A DNA stretch of 64,000 nucleotides, from the NCBI RefSeq assembly GCF_001194135.2, contig NC_068982.1, forward strand, positions 126,329,900-126,393,899. The letters run 5' to 3'. The notes beneath the pieces are model-generated. The model saw only the letters and a list, made by a program, of their open reading frames with translations. It searched no databases and had not been told where the DNA came from. The stretch comes from Octopus bimaculoides (Eukaryota). The translations under genes and the position numbers were made by a program. This document shows, piece after piece, positions 26,705 through 40,360 of this stretch. Within the stretch, counting starts at the first letter, position 1; every line of letters begins with the position of its first letter.

Positions 26705-27220
26705 TATCGAAATCGAACCAAATTCGACGACTGGCACCCATGCCAACCTTCCTTCATTGGACGCTAAACTCTGCTTGCAAAGACCTGTTGGGACAAGTGA
26801 AATCGAAACTGAACCGAATTCAATGACTGGTACCCGTGCCAGTGGCGTGCTAACAACACCATCCGAGCGGGATCACTGCCAGACCAGTGGTCTGGCTTCT
26901 GTGCTGGTGGCACGTAAAAAGCATCATTTGAGCGTGATCGTTACCAGCATCGCCTTACTGGCACTTGTGCTGGTGGCAGGTGAACAAAACATTCGAGCGA
27001 GATCGTTGCCAGCACCGCCTGACTGGCGCTCGTGCCCATGGCACGTAAAAAGCACCCACTACACTCTCGGAGTGGTTGGCGTTAGGAAGGGCATCCAGGT
27101 GTAGAAACTCTGCCAGATCAGATTGGAGCCTAATGCAGCCATCTGGTTCGCCAGTCCTCAGTCAAATCGTCCAACCCATGCTAGCATGGAAAGCGGACGT
27201 TAAACGATGATGATGATGAT
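26705..27220 (+). mobile_element. SINE/LINE-tail family C with internal ~65-nt tandem units and (GAT)n tail (RTE-like 3' end)
   Basis: Ends gttggcgttaggaagggcatccag...cgttaaacgatgatgatgat; longest copy in the window. Confidence 0.82.
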
Positions 27221-27624
27221 ATATGACAAGGAAGAAGATAAGTTACCAATATCATAGAGTTTAATGCTAGTTACAACTGGTTAATACTGGTTACATACAT
27301 AAACACACATCCTTCTGTTAGTGTTTGTCCCCCACCACTGCTTGGCAACTGTTGATCTGTTTACATCTGGGTAACTTAGTGGTTCAGCAAAAGAGAACTA
27401 ACACAATGAATACCAGACTTTTAAAAAATATGTACTGGGGTCAAGTCATTTGACTAAGCCCCTCAAGGCAGAGCCCAGCTTGGCTGCCATCTAATGACCG
27501 AAACAAGTAAAAGATAAAGGGTAAAGAACATGCACGGGCATGACTGTGAGGTCAAGGCATTCACTTCACAACTACATAGTTTTGAGTTCAATCCTAGTGT
27601 GCGCAAGTTGGCTTAAGGTCATAC

Positions 27625-27638
27625 CTTTCACAGTATAT
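27625..27638 (-). CDS. 14-nt microexon (YTVK); an alternative 54-nt form 27625..27678 is possible
   Basis: Branch-like cactaat plus gtttatatctttcacAG acceptor; donor AAG|gtatga. Phase 2 in, phase 1 out fits the 19907 exon. Confidence 0.5.
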
Positions 27639-28857
27639 CTGTGAAAGATATAAACATTAGTGAAAAACCCAATACTTTCTGAATAAATTTTACCAAGTCA
27701 CAGACACTCCCAAGTTAAATTTGCCAACAGAAATGAAGTGAAACTGTACCAGGATTGTTAGCAAAAAATATAAACCATGACGTTACTCTTCACAACGTAT
27801 GTTATAAAATATATAAAAATAACATAAAACAAGGTGATTTATTTCCCATTACTAACAAAAGAAAACATGGATCCTGTTCATTGCAATTCTAAGAAACAAT
27901 TAAGCTAGTCGTTATCTTGTGTTTTCCCACATATAGAAAAAATACTTTTGTTTATTATTATTATTATCATCTAAATATGGCAGTACTTAAATTGTTTTGT
28001 ACTTCATACTTTATATATTTTCCCTCAGTTCAATTACATTTTTTAAACTTCATGTCAAACAGTTTTTACTTTCATTTTCACTTTCAACCATCCCCTTCCA
28101 ATGTCCTACATTTATATTTTATTTACTGTTCCTCTACACACACACACACACACACACGATGATTTCCATTTTTCCCCTCCTTTTCAGTTTCTTTAAATAG
28201 TTGTCAACACTTACTATCTATATATTTCTCTATTTTTCTACAATAATTTTTTTAGCAGAATACAAAAAGAATTTTTTTCCCTCTTTTGTTTACAGTTTTT
28301 TTTTGTTTTTTGTTGATTTTTTTTTTCTTCCATATATCAAAGAGAAATTCAACTTGTCAAGACATCAAATAAATGTGTACCATAATATTGAGATCATACT
28401 CCAAGACAAAATAAACATGGCCAAGGCATGAAAACAAAACAAGAACGCCTGTTCTATATTTAAGGGGAATTTCCTCCTCTACCTCACCATCACCTCTTGA
28501 AATCCTAACCATCCTTATTGGATGGTAGACTAGTGACTACATCATTCAATATAATGTTATACAGTTTTAACATGTCTTTCACTTGTCTCAATCATTGGAC
28601 TGTGGTCATGCTGGAGTACCGGCTTGAAGGGTGTAGTAGAAAAAAAAAACCTACTCTAGTACTTATTTTTTCTTTCTTTCTTTCTTTTTTTTTTGGAAGT
28701 TTGGTACTTATTTATTTTTTTTTTGCTGAACCAAGTTGCAAGGATGTAAACAAACCAACACCAGTTATCAAGTGATAGCGGGGAGAACAAACAACACAGA
28801 GTTTAAATGACCAAATTGATTACTGAAAGTCTCATTTAAACAGGACATACATAGATG

Positions 28858-28909
<52 letters not shown>

Positions 28910-29337
28910 TTTTATCTGAATTCTATTTGACATCAAACCACAGCTGATCTAGTGATGGAGCCTCTGTGTGTTGACCTGCTAAGAAATAACAACCAAATCT
29001 CCTTCAAATCACACTCTAGCTGTTCAAGAAAGAGAGAAAAGTAATATTAATATGAATAATGTAGTCCGGAACATACTATGCTGGGGTGAAACAAGAAATG
29101 GTGGTCATAATGGAATGTCTTTAATTACAAGCTTGCTCAATGAGAGCTGACCTGAAGCTCAACAAACAACAACAACAACAACAACCACAACAACCACCAC
29201 CAGTATGCATTTGATAGGAAGCTACACAGTCACTGTGTGATAAATATACAACAAACTGGCTGGAAGTCAAATATAGATTGTAGGTAACTAGAAAGGAGTA
29301 AGCCACAGATGAAGAAAGGCTCAACAAAAGAGAGAGA

Positions 29338-29400
<63 letters not shown>

Positions 29401-30202
29401 GGAGAAGGAGGAACATGCAGTTAAAATAGAGAATATTGGATAAAAGAAAGATTAATGTTAAAAGTGATTAAGAAAGTGATGGGGGTGGTAGAAGTGATTA
29501 AAAAGTAATTAAGGTGAGAAAAGATGCAAAGAACGACTGGAAATGTGAAATCTTCAAAGACCCAAACAAAAATAAATAATTAGAAAGAAAAAGGAAAAAG
29601 ATCACTTGCTGGAATTAGATGACAATTCAAAGAAATGGATTCTTCCAAAATGGTGAGCTGGGCAGCACAGCTATAGCTAATTGGTCAGTCAATATATGAA
29701 ATATACTTGGAACAAAAACTGTGGTAAACATAAACTTCAGCTACAAGAGAAAAAGAGAAGGAATTCTTGGCAGTGAGCCAGTTCACAAGGAACTTGCCAG
29801 CCTTAGCTGTCTATTTTATCTATTATTATTATTGCTTCAGCTTACCTCCCTATCTCTGACATATATTCTACAATATTCTCTCATACAGCAGGTTGGTGTG
29901 CAAAGCACACAAATCATATGTGTATCTCTGTTGCAATAGACAATTTATCTTTCACCATATCTTCGCAAGCCTTAGATATAGTGTTTCCCTAGCATAGGCA
30001 CAAAAAAAAAGAAGCACACATGCATACACGCATACACACACACACATGTGTACACACTCCCTTAAACAGCAAAAATGGAGGTGAAATTCTCTCTCTCTCT
30101 CTCTCTCTCTGGACTGTAAGAAACTTATTGATCAAAATATGGAACCCAGCTTGTAGAAAACACCTAGCAGACCTGGCCAGTATCCAAACTAAGCTCTTTA
30201 CA

Positions 30203-30249
<47 letters not shown>

Positions 30250-30901
30250 TGATGATGATGAAAATTTCTAAACAACAGTTTTAAAATAAATTTTAATCAA
30301 ATTGGATGATTTTTAGGGAATTCAGTCTCTAAATATTTCATTTATTAAAAGAAAAAAAAAGAAGAAAAAAATGAAAAAAGAAACAATTATTTAGTAACAG
30401 CAATTTTATTTATATATTTATTTTTTATTTTAATTACTGGGGATGAAACAGTAGATGATTTAATTAAGCCCAAAATTTGATGCTGGTTTCAAAATAGAGG
30501 AGTCCAAATTCTCAGTTCCACTTAAGGTGTAATCCTATTAGTACCAGATAAATGTTAATAAATGGTTTCATAACCTAATGCTTTCCCAGCAATACATCAC
30601 TCTAATTAATGGTGTTTAAAATCATAAATAAACAAAATCAAAAAGAAAAAAAAGCAATTAATAAAGCTTGTTAATATTTGATTATCCTGAGATCAAAATT
30701 TCATCTCGATACTTTTTCTCAGTCTTTTAAAAAATTTCCACTATATTCCAAACTCATTACCAAGAGAAACATGGTGGTAGATTTTCCATGTCCAGAATTC
30801 ACAAGGAAGCATGGGACACCCTTACGTGGCTATACAAACCAATCCTTGATATTGCAGCATTTTTCTTCCTGCCTGCATGTAATAGTTTGTTTTTTTTCAA
30901 A

Positions 30902-31119
30902 CCGTTTAGCATTCAGATTACTCTGTCAAATGTAAGGCTTAATTATTCACATTATTTTTAATTAATCACACATTAACTTGTAGCTTTACAATTTTGATGA
31001 TATGATTGTATATTCTTAGAATGATATTGTAGAGTAAGTATGAGAGGCCAGATCTGGCCAGTGAACATAAAACAGGTAGAATATTTAGGCTGGATATGGT
31101 TGGTTTAAATGACAAAGGG
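30902..31119 (+). mobile_element. MITE family G
   Basis: Same internal motifs as 20222..20442; degenerate TIRs. Confidence 0.72.
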
Positions 31120-34100
31120 CCAAACAGAGAATTAGCCTGCAGAATCCAATCCCGCTCTTTTGACCACACTGGCTCAACAAGCTAAGACTGTTGAGAATTA
31201 TAGTGTTTGTAAAATAATAGACCCAAAGTGTTACTTTTGATCCTGCAAAAAAAATATTATCCCCCGGAAAATGGAGAACTCTTCCAAAGCATGCATTTTC
31301 AAATTGGGTAAGAGCATTAGAGTGCAGTAATATCCATCAATGCTAACATTTGTTTTCCCTGCTGCTGTGTGTTATGTATGCCTACAGAACATACAAACAG
31401 TAGCCAGCTTTCTTCCTTTCAGAACAATTCATTTAAAGCAATAATGGTGTTTGATTAGAAAAAAATTTTGTTTACTTATATTTCTTAATATGACAGAAGA
31501 AAGTCATCCACTATATCATTACGTAAAGACTAATGGAATAAAATAGACTGAAAACATGGGCACAGGCATTGGTGTATGGTTAAGAAGTTTGCTTCTCAGC
31601 TATGTGGTTTCAGGTTCAGTCCCACTGGGTAGCCGCTTGGGCAAGTCTCTTCCACTATACCGTCGAGTTAACAAGAGCCTTGTGAGTGAATATGGTAGAT
31701 GGAAAGCAGAAGAAGTTTGCTCTGTATGTGTGTGCATGCATGCATGTGGTGTGTGTTAGTGGGCTTATATTTTCTGTACCTGCTTTCTGAGTGTAAGTAA
31801 TGGTTTCATTAATATTGCTATTTGCTTGCAGTCCACCAGAAAAGCATGAGAGTTGTATACTGTTCAATGGACAAGGAGGTTTTCACCTCACTTGAATACA
31901 AAGAAGGGTGACAGCTGGAAGGGCATCTGGCCACAGAAATGTGACTCAACAAATTCTATTTTACCCATGAAAGCACGGAAAAGTGGATGTTAAAATGAAA
32001 AAGAGAAAAACCCAATGACATTCTGTGCAATTCACATCTGTCAGCAAAAGTAACTTAGTAACTTAGTGATATGAAAACAAACAAACAAGAAAAATTAAAA
32101 CCAAAAACAAATTCTAGGAATAGTTAGTGAATAGGTAGCTAAAATTAATTTCAGTGAAAGTAAAACTACCAGAGAGAAAATTGTTATGCTAAAGTGAATT
32201 GCATGTCAATATGGAAGAGAATGCATGCTGTAGTGACTAGCAGTTCCACAAACTACAGTCTGGATTCTATTCTAGTCATTTAAAGATTTCTTTCAAAAAA
32301 ATTTTTTTAAATATATTATCATCATATTATCCTCAAAATGGAGGTTTAAAAAAAAAACATGAATGGAATATTCTGTGTAAACCTTTTGGAGAAAGAACCC
32401 AGAGATATAGAATGCTGATGGGAATAGTGTTCATAATTGATATGAACATTCAAATATTACTGAGAGGAAGATGAGAGAGACTAACAACTCCGTGAATGCT
32501 ATGAAACCAGTTTCAAATGCAAAACTAAAATTGTAATTGATATAAAAAAGAAAATTTTTTGTTGAAAACTGAATGCTATTACACCAAAATATTTTCAATT
32601 ATTACAAAGTTTATTAGTAGCGTTTTAGTCTCACAGAAACAATTTCAAGCCAAAGAGTAATAATATCTTGTTCTATGTTTCTATTATAAAGTTTCTAAAC
32701 TTATTTTTGCAGTATACTTATCTATTATGCTTTTCTAAACCATAATCCATATTCATTTCAGAAATATTTTTTTGAAAAGAAACTGAGGCCAAAATTTATG
32801 TGGATTCTTTATCGTTTCATATAATTCAAGTAATTTCAAAAGAAAACACAGCCAGAAAAAAATTTTTGTTAAAAAGATTTTTAAAAAAACCAAACAATTG
32901 GATGCTTTTGTTTGTAATCAAAACATTGCTTATCATCTAACATGTCACAACTCTATTCCATAATTACTAAGTAACTTTCATACACGCACACTCAAACACA
33001 AACCACTATACAAGATACCGTGGCAATTTACAATATACCAGCTATACAACTGAGCTATGAATTAGGATATAGGCTTTTTAATATCATTTTCAAAGAACAA
33101 TGAATAATTCATACATCAGATGTTACTCAATATTATTTTTATTGAAAAAGCAGGAATTCTTGACAACTTGAGCCACCAGTCTGGTGTGACGGTATATTAC
33201 ATATGGCCAAAATATCTTTGATAAAGACCTAATCATTCTATTTTGTATCTCTTTCTCCACACAATTAACAATGAGATGCAACAATATGTTTGCAGTCAAA
33301 CAGAGTTGTGATTGGTTTCAATTCCTAGCCAACAATTGTTTTACGTATATCACTGATGCCTTTGGAAACCCATGAACATTATAGCCAACAATTGCAACTC
33401 CTTTATAAATGCTAAACATCATGCTAGTATAAAATCATTATTACCATACAAATATCAAAGCCATTTCTGTGGGTATAAGAGAAAGAGTTTCCAGTTTCTT
33501 CACCAAGCTCAGTGCCAATTCTAAATTTGCTAACGGCATCTATGCACATTCTCCAGATAAAAGACGAGTTGAAACCTGGCAGAATTTGCACTTTGAACTA
33601 GGAACACAGAATAAAGATTATGCTAACAGTAGTGATTAGGAGTTATTTTGAAAAGGAACAAAGCCAACATTTATGGAACATAATAATGATCATCATCGTT
33701 TTGTTTTATGTCCACTTTTCCAAATTGGCTTGGATTAGATGAGACCTATTGGGGCAATATTCTCTGGCCAGATACCAACCCAAACTTGCTTTTCAAGTAA
33801 GATATTTTCATCCTGTGTAAAAACTATCATCATCATCATCATCTAATGTCTGTATACCATGTTGGCATGGCTTAGACAGTCCGACAAGATCCAACAAGCC
33901 TGAGTGTAGACAGTAAAGACTAATGCAGCTTTCAAGCTAGTTGGATTCTGTCAGCTATTCAACCCATACCAACAAGATAAAAAGATGTGCAATGATAATA
34001 TCTTCATACATCAAAATTGACAAGCCACAGAGCACACTGTTTCTAGGAGAACATGAATAAATTTCACTGCTTCCCAAGCAGTGTGAGTATGAAAGCACAT

Positions 34101-35530
34101 GGACACACGGACACACAAACAAAGTTTATTTAGACTGATCCAGTAGCCTGTCACTCTGGAATTTCCATGTCATGCAACCACTTCTTCAGACAAGCCAGAC
34201 TGCAGACCACGAAAATCCTAGAGTAACAATGAACCGGCCTAAATAAACTACTGCATTCTACATTCATACTGAGAAATAGTTCTTCAGTTCATTATCTATG
34301 GCAGATATATATGTACACACACACACAAACAAGGTGGGTTTCTGTACAGTTTTTAACCATCAAATTTCCCTCACAAGGCATTGGTCAGCCTGAGGCTAGA
34401 GTAAAAGACACTTGTCCAGGTGCCACACAATGGGATCAAATCCAAATTCACATGGTTGCAAAGCAAACTTTCATTACATAACCATATCTGCACATAACAA
34501 CAACGATAATAATCCTTTCCCATATAGGCACAAGGCCTGAAATTTTAGAGGCGGGAGCTAGTCATTTACATCGACCACAAAAGGATGAAAGGCAAAGTCG
34601 ACCTCAACAGAATTTGAACTCGGAGTTTAAAGACAGACAAAATGCTACATTTTATCCAGCATGTTAATGATTCTGCCAACTCACCACCTTAATAATAACA
34701 ATAATTAATGGGCTACAGCAAATATTCTGCTTAATACCACAGATTTGCTTGTCAGTTGTTTGACTTTGACCAGTTGAGCATGTCCCTTGGTGGCTGATGC
34801 TATGTGCATCTCTGATCATGAGCAGAAGTAGTGGGGGAGCATACGAGTCATGTGTTGAGAGAAATTCTTTGGGGTTTGAATAATTCACCCTGGAAACAGC
34901 TAGTACTGTTTTCATCAATCCCAAAAAGATGAAAGACAAAGTCAACCATGGCAGAATTTGAACTTAGAACATAAAACTAGAAGAATACCACAAAACAGTT
35001 TGTCTGGCATACTAACAATTCTTCCAACTCACTGCCTTAATAATAATAACAATAATGATGATAATAATTATAATAATATACTACTGGCATTATTTTATAA
35101 GATGCAGGAGTAAGAAAGTAAAAATTTACCAAGCTAGTTAAGAATATTGAACTGTAAAGAATAGAACACCATTTTATTCAGCAACCAATATTGCAATGAT
35201 CCCTGATCAATTTAATATATAAACTAGTGGGGGGAAAATAAGTTTATTTAAGGTAGGGCCTTGAAAAATATGTCTAGAAGAAAACAGTAAGGCAATATTA
35301 GCTGAAACATCAGAAAGTTTTCCAAAATAGCATTATGACAAAAGTTATAAGTGTGATTATTTTAAAGCATTTCTCATCAACACGAGACAGCTAGCTACAT
35401 GATAAACAGTGGATAAAGATTTCAATGGAATGAAAGCAGTTATGAAACTGCAGATACAGGGGAGAAGAGAGGCAGGAGCAGGGGATACATTCAAATTTTT
35501 AATTCTATATTTGAATCATGTATATCTATC

Positions 35531-35602
<72 letters not shown>

Positions 35603-37204
35603 CACACAAAAAAAAAAATTACATTTTCACATATAAATTCTATAGAAATGTAACAATAGGTCAACATGACAATATGTAGAAGCTCTAATAAATTTTACTC
35701 AGCATCTGTTATCTACAGCAGAAATCTAATAATCAAAATATAATGATAATGATGATTACTTTGGAAAGGTAATCCACAAAAGTGAAAGATTCAGATTAAA
35801 TGTAATAGGAACAAAGAAAAGAAATTTTATTTATTGGTGATGAAATGTGGAGCTTAAACTTTAGAAATTAATAACAGTTTCTATCTCTTTCTCATGTTTG
35901 TGTATCACTGATAATTGTTCAGAAATAACATTACATCTGGTCAGTAGAGCTAGAGGAAAAGAAGCCATTTGGATAACAAATATTGTTCTTTGTATAATTT
36001 TTTGTGTACATTTTTCTTTTTCTTTTTTTTTTGTTATAAATATCATTTTAAATTTAAAGATCATATATTCATGTGTGTGTGTGTGTGTGTGTGTATAAAG
36101 AAGCCATTTGGATAACAAATATTGTATAACTTAAATACTTCTTTTTTTTGTTATAAACATTTTTATATATATAGTTATTAATGAGATTATCAATCTAAGC
36201 AAAATACTTTATAAGCTCTCTGTTAATACACCAGGCTAACCAGATTTTTTACATTAGTAAAACACTCCATGCATTCTCATGACAGTGTCCACGGTTATGC
36301 TTCACCATTCTGTATTGTGAATCCATGCTTGTATTCCCAGTTAGACTGGTCTTTTACACAGAGTGTTATTGATTGGTTAAGAAAAATTGAGCAACCTCAA
36401 GAATTAATGCTACCCTCATCAGTCATTGAGTTCTGGTGAGAACGATGTAAAACAATCCACTTGGTTCTACAGGAAACAGCTGCGAGTGCAATTTACTCCA
36501 ATAAAGGATTATGTAATGACCATTATTTATGCCTTGTCTGAGAGAGGGGGCATAGTTGCGTGGTTAAGAATTTGCTCCTTAATCATGTGGTTTCAAGTTC
36601 AGTCTCACTGCAACTTGCTATAATAGCTCTGGTCCAACTAAAGCCTAAGGTTTGAGTGGACTTACTCCATGGAAACCAAGAGTGTATGCATATGTTTATA
36701 TGTGTTTTCAACAAAATGCTGACCTATAAGTGGTGACGTTGCTATTTTCCCTGTCAAGAAACGTACTGGCTTTCTATCTTTGAAGCTTTGTGGAATAAAA
36801 AAAAAATCTCTTATTTGAAAAACAAGTGTTAGCAGCAGGAAGAGCATTCAGCAATTAAACAATGCCACAATATTTGTCTAACCTATGCTGGCATGGAAAA
36901 ACTGGAAATGAAATTCATCATCATCATAATAATAACCAAATATTCATTTTTTCGATGCTGACTGAATTAGACAGCTCAACAGAGCTACACCATAGTCCAA
37001 TGTCTTCTCTGGCAAGGTGTCCTTCCTGTCATGAACTATTTTATACACGTACAAAATGCATACAGTAATGAGTGCACTGGCTGCTGTTTTTTTTTTTCCT
37101 TTGTGGCACCTGCACTATTGAGGTTACTATGTTATGCAAAGAAGTAAAACCCCTGTATACTGAATGGTACTATGGTAGAGAATGGGGTAGCTTTATGCAA
37201 GGTG

Positions 37205-37440
37205 TTGAAAGGTTCTCAGCTGGGGTCTATAAAAGATTTTGTTGTTAAAGTTTATGTGTAATAAATTACACTTCTACGATACACAAAACATTTTAACAAT
37301 TTTTTAAACAGTTCCTAATAATATTTGCTTATAAAAATATAATTGTATTTTCTTTTTAAGCATTGAATGGCTAGAGGGGTCCAGTTGAGTAAAATAGGAA
37401 TCAAATGGGTTCATTGGCAAGATATGGTTGAAAACCACTG
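37205..37440. mobile_element. hAT-like MITE (family H, copy without nested SINEs, degenerate)
   Basis: Runs ggttctcagctggggtc...gattttgttgttaaa...ggttgaaaaccactg, similar to the outer parts of 25796..26397. Confidence 0.6.
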
Positions 37441-38051
37441 GATTAAAATATGAAAGAAGAGAAAGGAACAGGTTTCTTAATGTAAAGCAGATACATGTCT
37501 ACTCCCCTACCATCACCATAAATAGTATTATGTAATCTTTTACACACACTCAAGCACATAGTGATTTTTACAGCCTTCTAAAAATCAAAATGCTCCTTTT
37601 GAAAACTCAGAGTAATCTTTTCAATGCAAACATGTAAACTAAATGATGGTAATGATGATAGATAAAGCCTGTAATACATAGTAGAAAGAAGAGCCTGGGT
37701 TAAGTAGATTTTGTAAAGAAAGAAAATAAAGAAAGGAAAAGAAAACCAGAAGACATTTGGTAGGATAAGAGCAGAGTCAAACAATGACACCAGTTAAAGA
37801 TATTGTTTAATAAGCCGACATAATACACATCGAAGTAAGCAAATATTGCATGCACTAGAAATGAATAAAATGAACAACACAAGAAAAGTACAAGAAGACA
37901 GCACTACTTCAGAAATAATGTTTCCTGTCTGCTGTCAGACGTATTGTGTTAGCTGCTCTTTTAGCTATGGCAGCCAGCACAACCGTATGTCGGCTGGCAC
38001 TCCTTCAGATAATCATTACAGCTGTAAGAAAACTAATGGGTGTTTTGGTTT

Positions 38052-38087
<36 letters not shown>

Positions 38088-39835
38088 CAAGCATGCACAT
38101 GCGTATTAATAGAACGGCCAGTAGTAACATTATTTTTGTATAATTACAGGACAAAAGACATTGGTTATGCCTCAATATTGTTAAGTCTAGTCTAGTCTAC
38201 ATAGATATTCCATTGAACCAATAAACCAAACAAAGATTTTGGAGTTCATGAGGTTTCTCCTTCAGATCTGACAAATATCTGTTTTGTCTCAAAAATGAAA
38301 TGTTATAAACTAGAAAGTCAAGAAACTGATTTAGCTCAGGTCAATTATCCTAAAAAAAAAATTTTAAATAAGAGATCCAGAGTAATTTAGTTTTTTTAAT
38401 ACTCTAGAATTTAGACTGGCCATATCTGGCCCAAATATTCAACCTGGTTCAAACCAGCCAGAACTAGCCTCTCACACTACCCCAACTATGTCATTCTAAA
38501 AATATACAACCACATCACCATACTCTCAAATTTATGAGATAAAGCAAAATATAAGAAAAAGTTGGTTAAAAGATGAAATTTTGTTATTACTGTTGCTTCT
38601 GTCATGGGAAAAATATACTGGAGTTATCAACATTGTGCAGTCCATATGATGTGTGCGTGTGCGTGCGTGCATAAGCAATACAAGGGATAAACTTACTCTG
38701 AATAAAGTAACCAGTGGCATGGTTCTGTAGTATGTTGCATACAGGTAGAGAATCTAGTTGTAATATACCTGAACATATTCAGGTGTACCATAAAAAGGAT
38801 TGGTCATGTTGGAAACAGAGGAGGGAGTTTTGTAGCATGCTAATTAATGGCTTTGTAGTATCCTGAACTCAAGTCACGGAAATACCTTTAAAGTTGGCTC
38901 AACCTGAGAGATACAAGAGTTTTCTGCATGGCCCGGCTGTTGAGAAAATCAAGTTGTTGATTAAATTGGTGAGATGTGGTTGGGCACAATTTACATTATT
39001 ATTCATAGAGTAGACAGTGCTTACCAAAATCAACATAGGGATGAAGCCATGATCTATACTTGCTCAATAATCTCTCAGTTTTTCTTGTTTACTTACCACT
39101 CAGGAAGAAAAGGACAGCACCCCATCTTTTTTTATTTTTTCCCCCTCCACCTTACAAAGTCTTTAATGGTAAGAAGAAAGAAGGAAGTTACCCTCAAATA
39201 ATAAGAGACCTGCCCTGAATGTTTGCAACAGAATAGACTTCACTAAAAGCACATAAGGATCAAATGGTGACATTAAACTAAGTGATGGATTAAATGCACC
39301 ATGCAAGAACTCAGACCTCAAAAAATAGAACAAATATTGCAGTCAACCATCCCAGACAGTTACTTTATTTTATTGATTTTGAAAAGATGAAAGCAAAATT
39401 GATTTTGGCTGGATTTGAACTCAGAGCACAAAGAACCAGAATAAATACTGCAAGATATATAATTTTGCCTATTCTTCCTTATCACAATTGTATATCAACA
39501 GCGATCACAGTTTAATACCAACTACAACTGATCAGTTTCAAATTTAAAAATCTAGATTCACAAAATTTTTTTCAAGAAATAAACATTGTTGAAATGTTTT
39601 TGACACATTCTTAAATGGTGTTCTTGTCTTGTAATGAGAAAATATTGTCAAACCACAGCACAAATATAGCACCAGCACCAATGCCAAATAGATTCACAGA
39701 GATAAAAAAATATTAGAGCAACATGTTAGCAAAAAAAAAAAAAACTGTGTTAGGATAAGAGAATATTTCACATCTAATTGGAGTATAATTAAACTGACAA
39801 CTGTCTTGAACAATAATGGTATCTCATAGCTTTAA

Positions 39836-40052
39836 CCCGTTAGCATTTAAATTATTCTGTCAAATGTAATGCTTATTTATTCACATTCTTTTGAATTAAT
39901 CATGCATTATCTTGTTGCTTTGAGATTTCAATGATGTGACTGCTTACTTTTAGGATGCCAGTGTAAGGTCCATGTAAAAGTCCAGATCTGGCCAGTTTGA
40001 ACATAAAACAGGTAAGATATTTTGGCTGCATGAGGCTGGTTTAAATGCTAAA
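39836..40052 (+). mobile_element. MITE family G, right end cut by a SINE-C insertion
   Basis: Left ttaa|cccgttagc; right TIR stops at aatgctaaa, followed by the SINE-C tail. Confidence 0.72.
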
Positions 40053-40360
40053 TCATCGTTTAACGTCTGCCTTCCATGCTAGCATGGGTTGGACAATTTG
40101 ACTTGAGGAGTGGCGAACCAGAAGTCTGCACCAGGCTCCAACCTGATCTGGCAGAGTTTCTACAGCTGGATGCCCTTCCTAAAGCCAACCACTCCGAGAG
40201 TGTAGTGGGTGCTTTTACGTGCCACCGGCACAAGGGCCACTAAGGCAGTACTGGCAACGGCCACGCTCAAAATGTTGTTTTTTTACGTGCCACCTGCACA
40301 GGAGCCAGTCCAGCGGCACTGGCAACGACCTCACTCAAAGGTTTTTTCACGTGCCACTAA
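40053..40360 (-). mobile_element. Family C
   Basis: Common 3' part plus about two internal units. Confidence 0.8.

Noticed and set aside
26870-27060. Repeat-spacer look of family C units (CRISPR-like)
   Set aside because: Eukaryotic context, whole units are homologous with no unique spacers, and no cas genes.
29846-29930. Exon-like segment with AG|gtaagc donor (DTHMICVLC..)
   Set aside because: Phase 2 to 0 does not fit the chain; other frames are closed; no homology cue.
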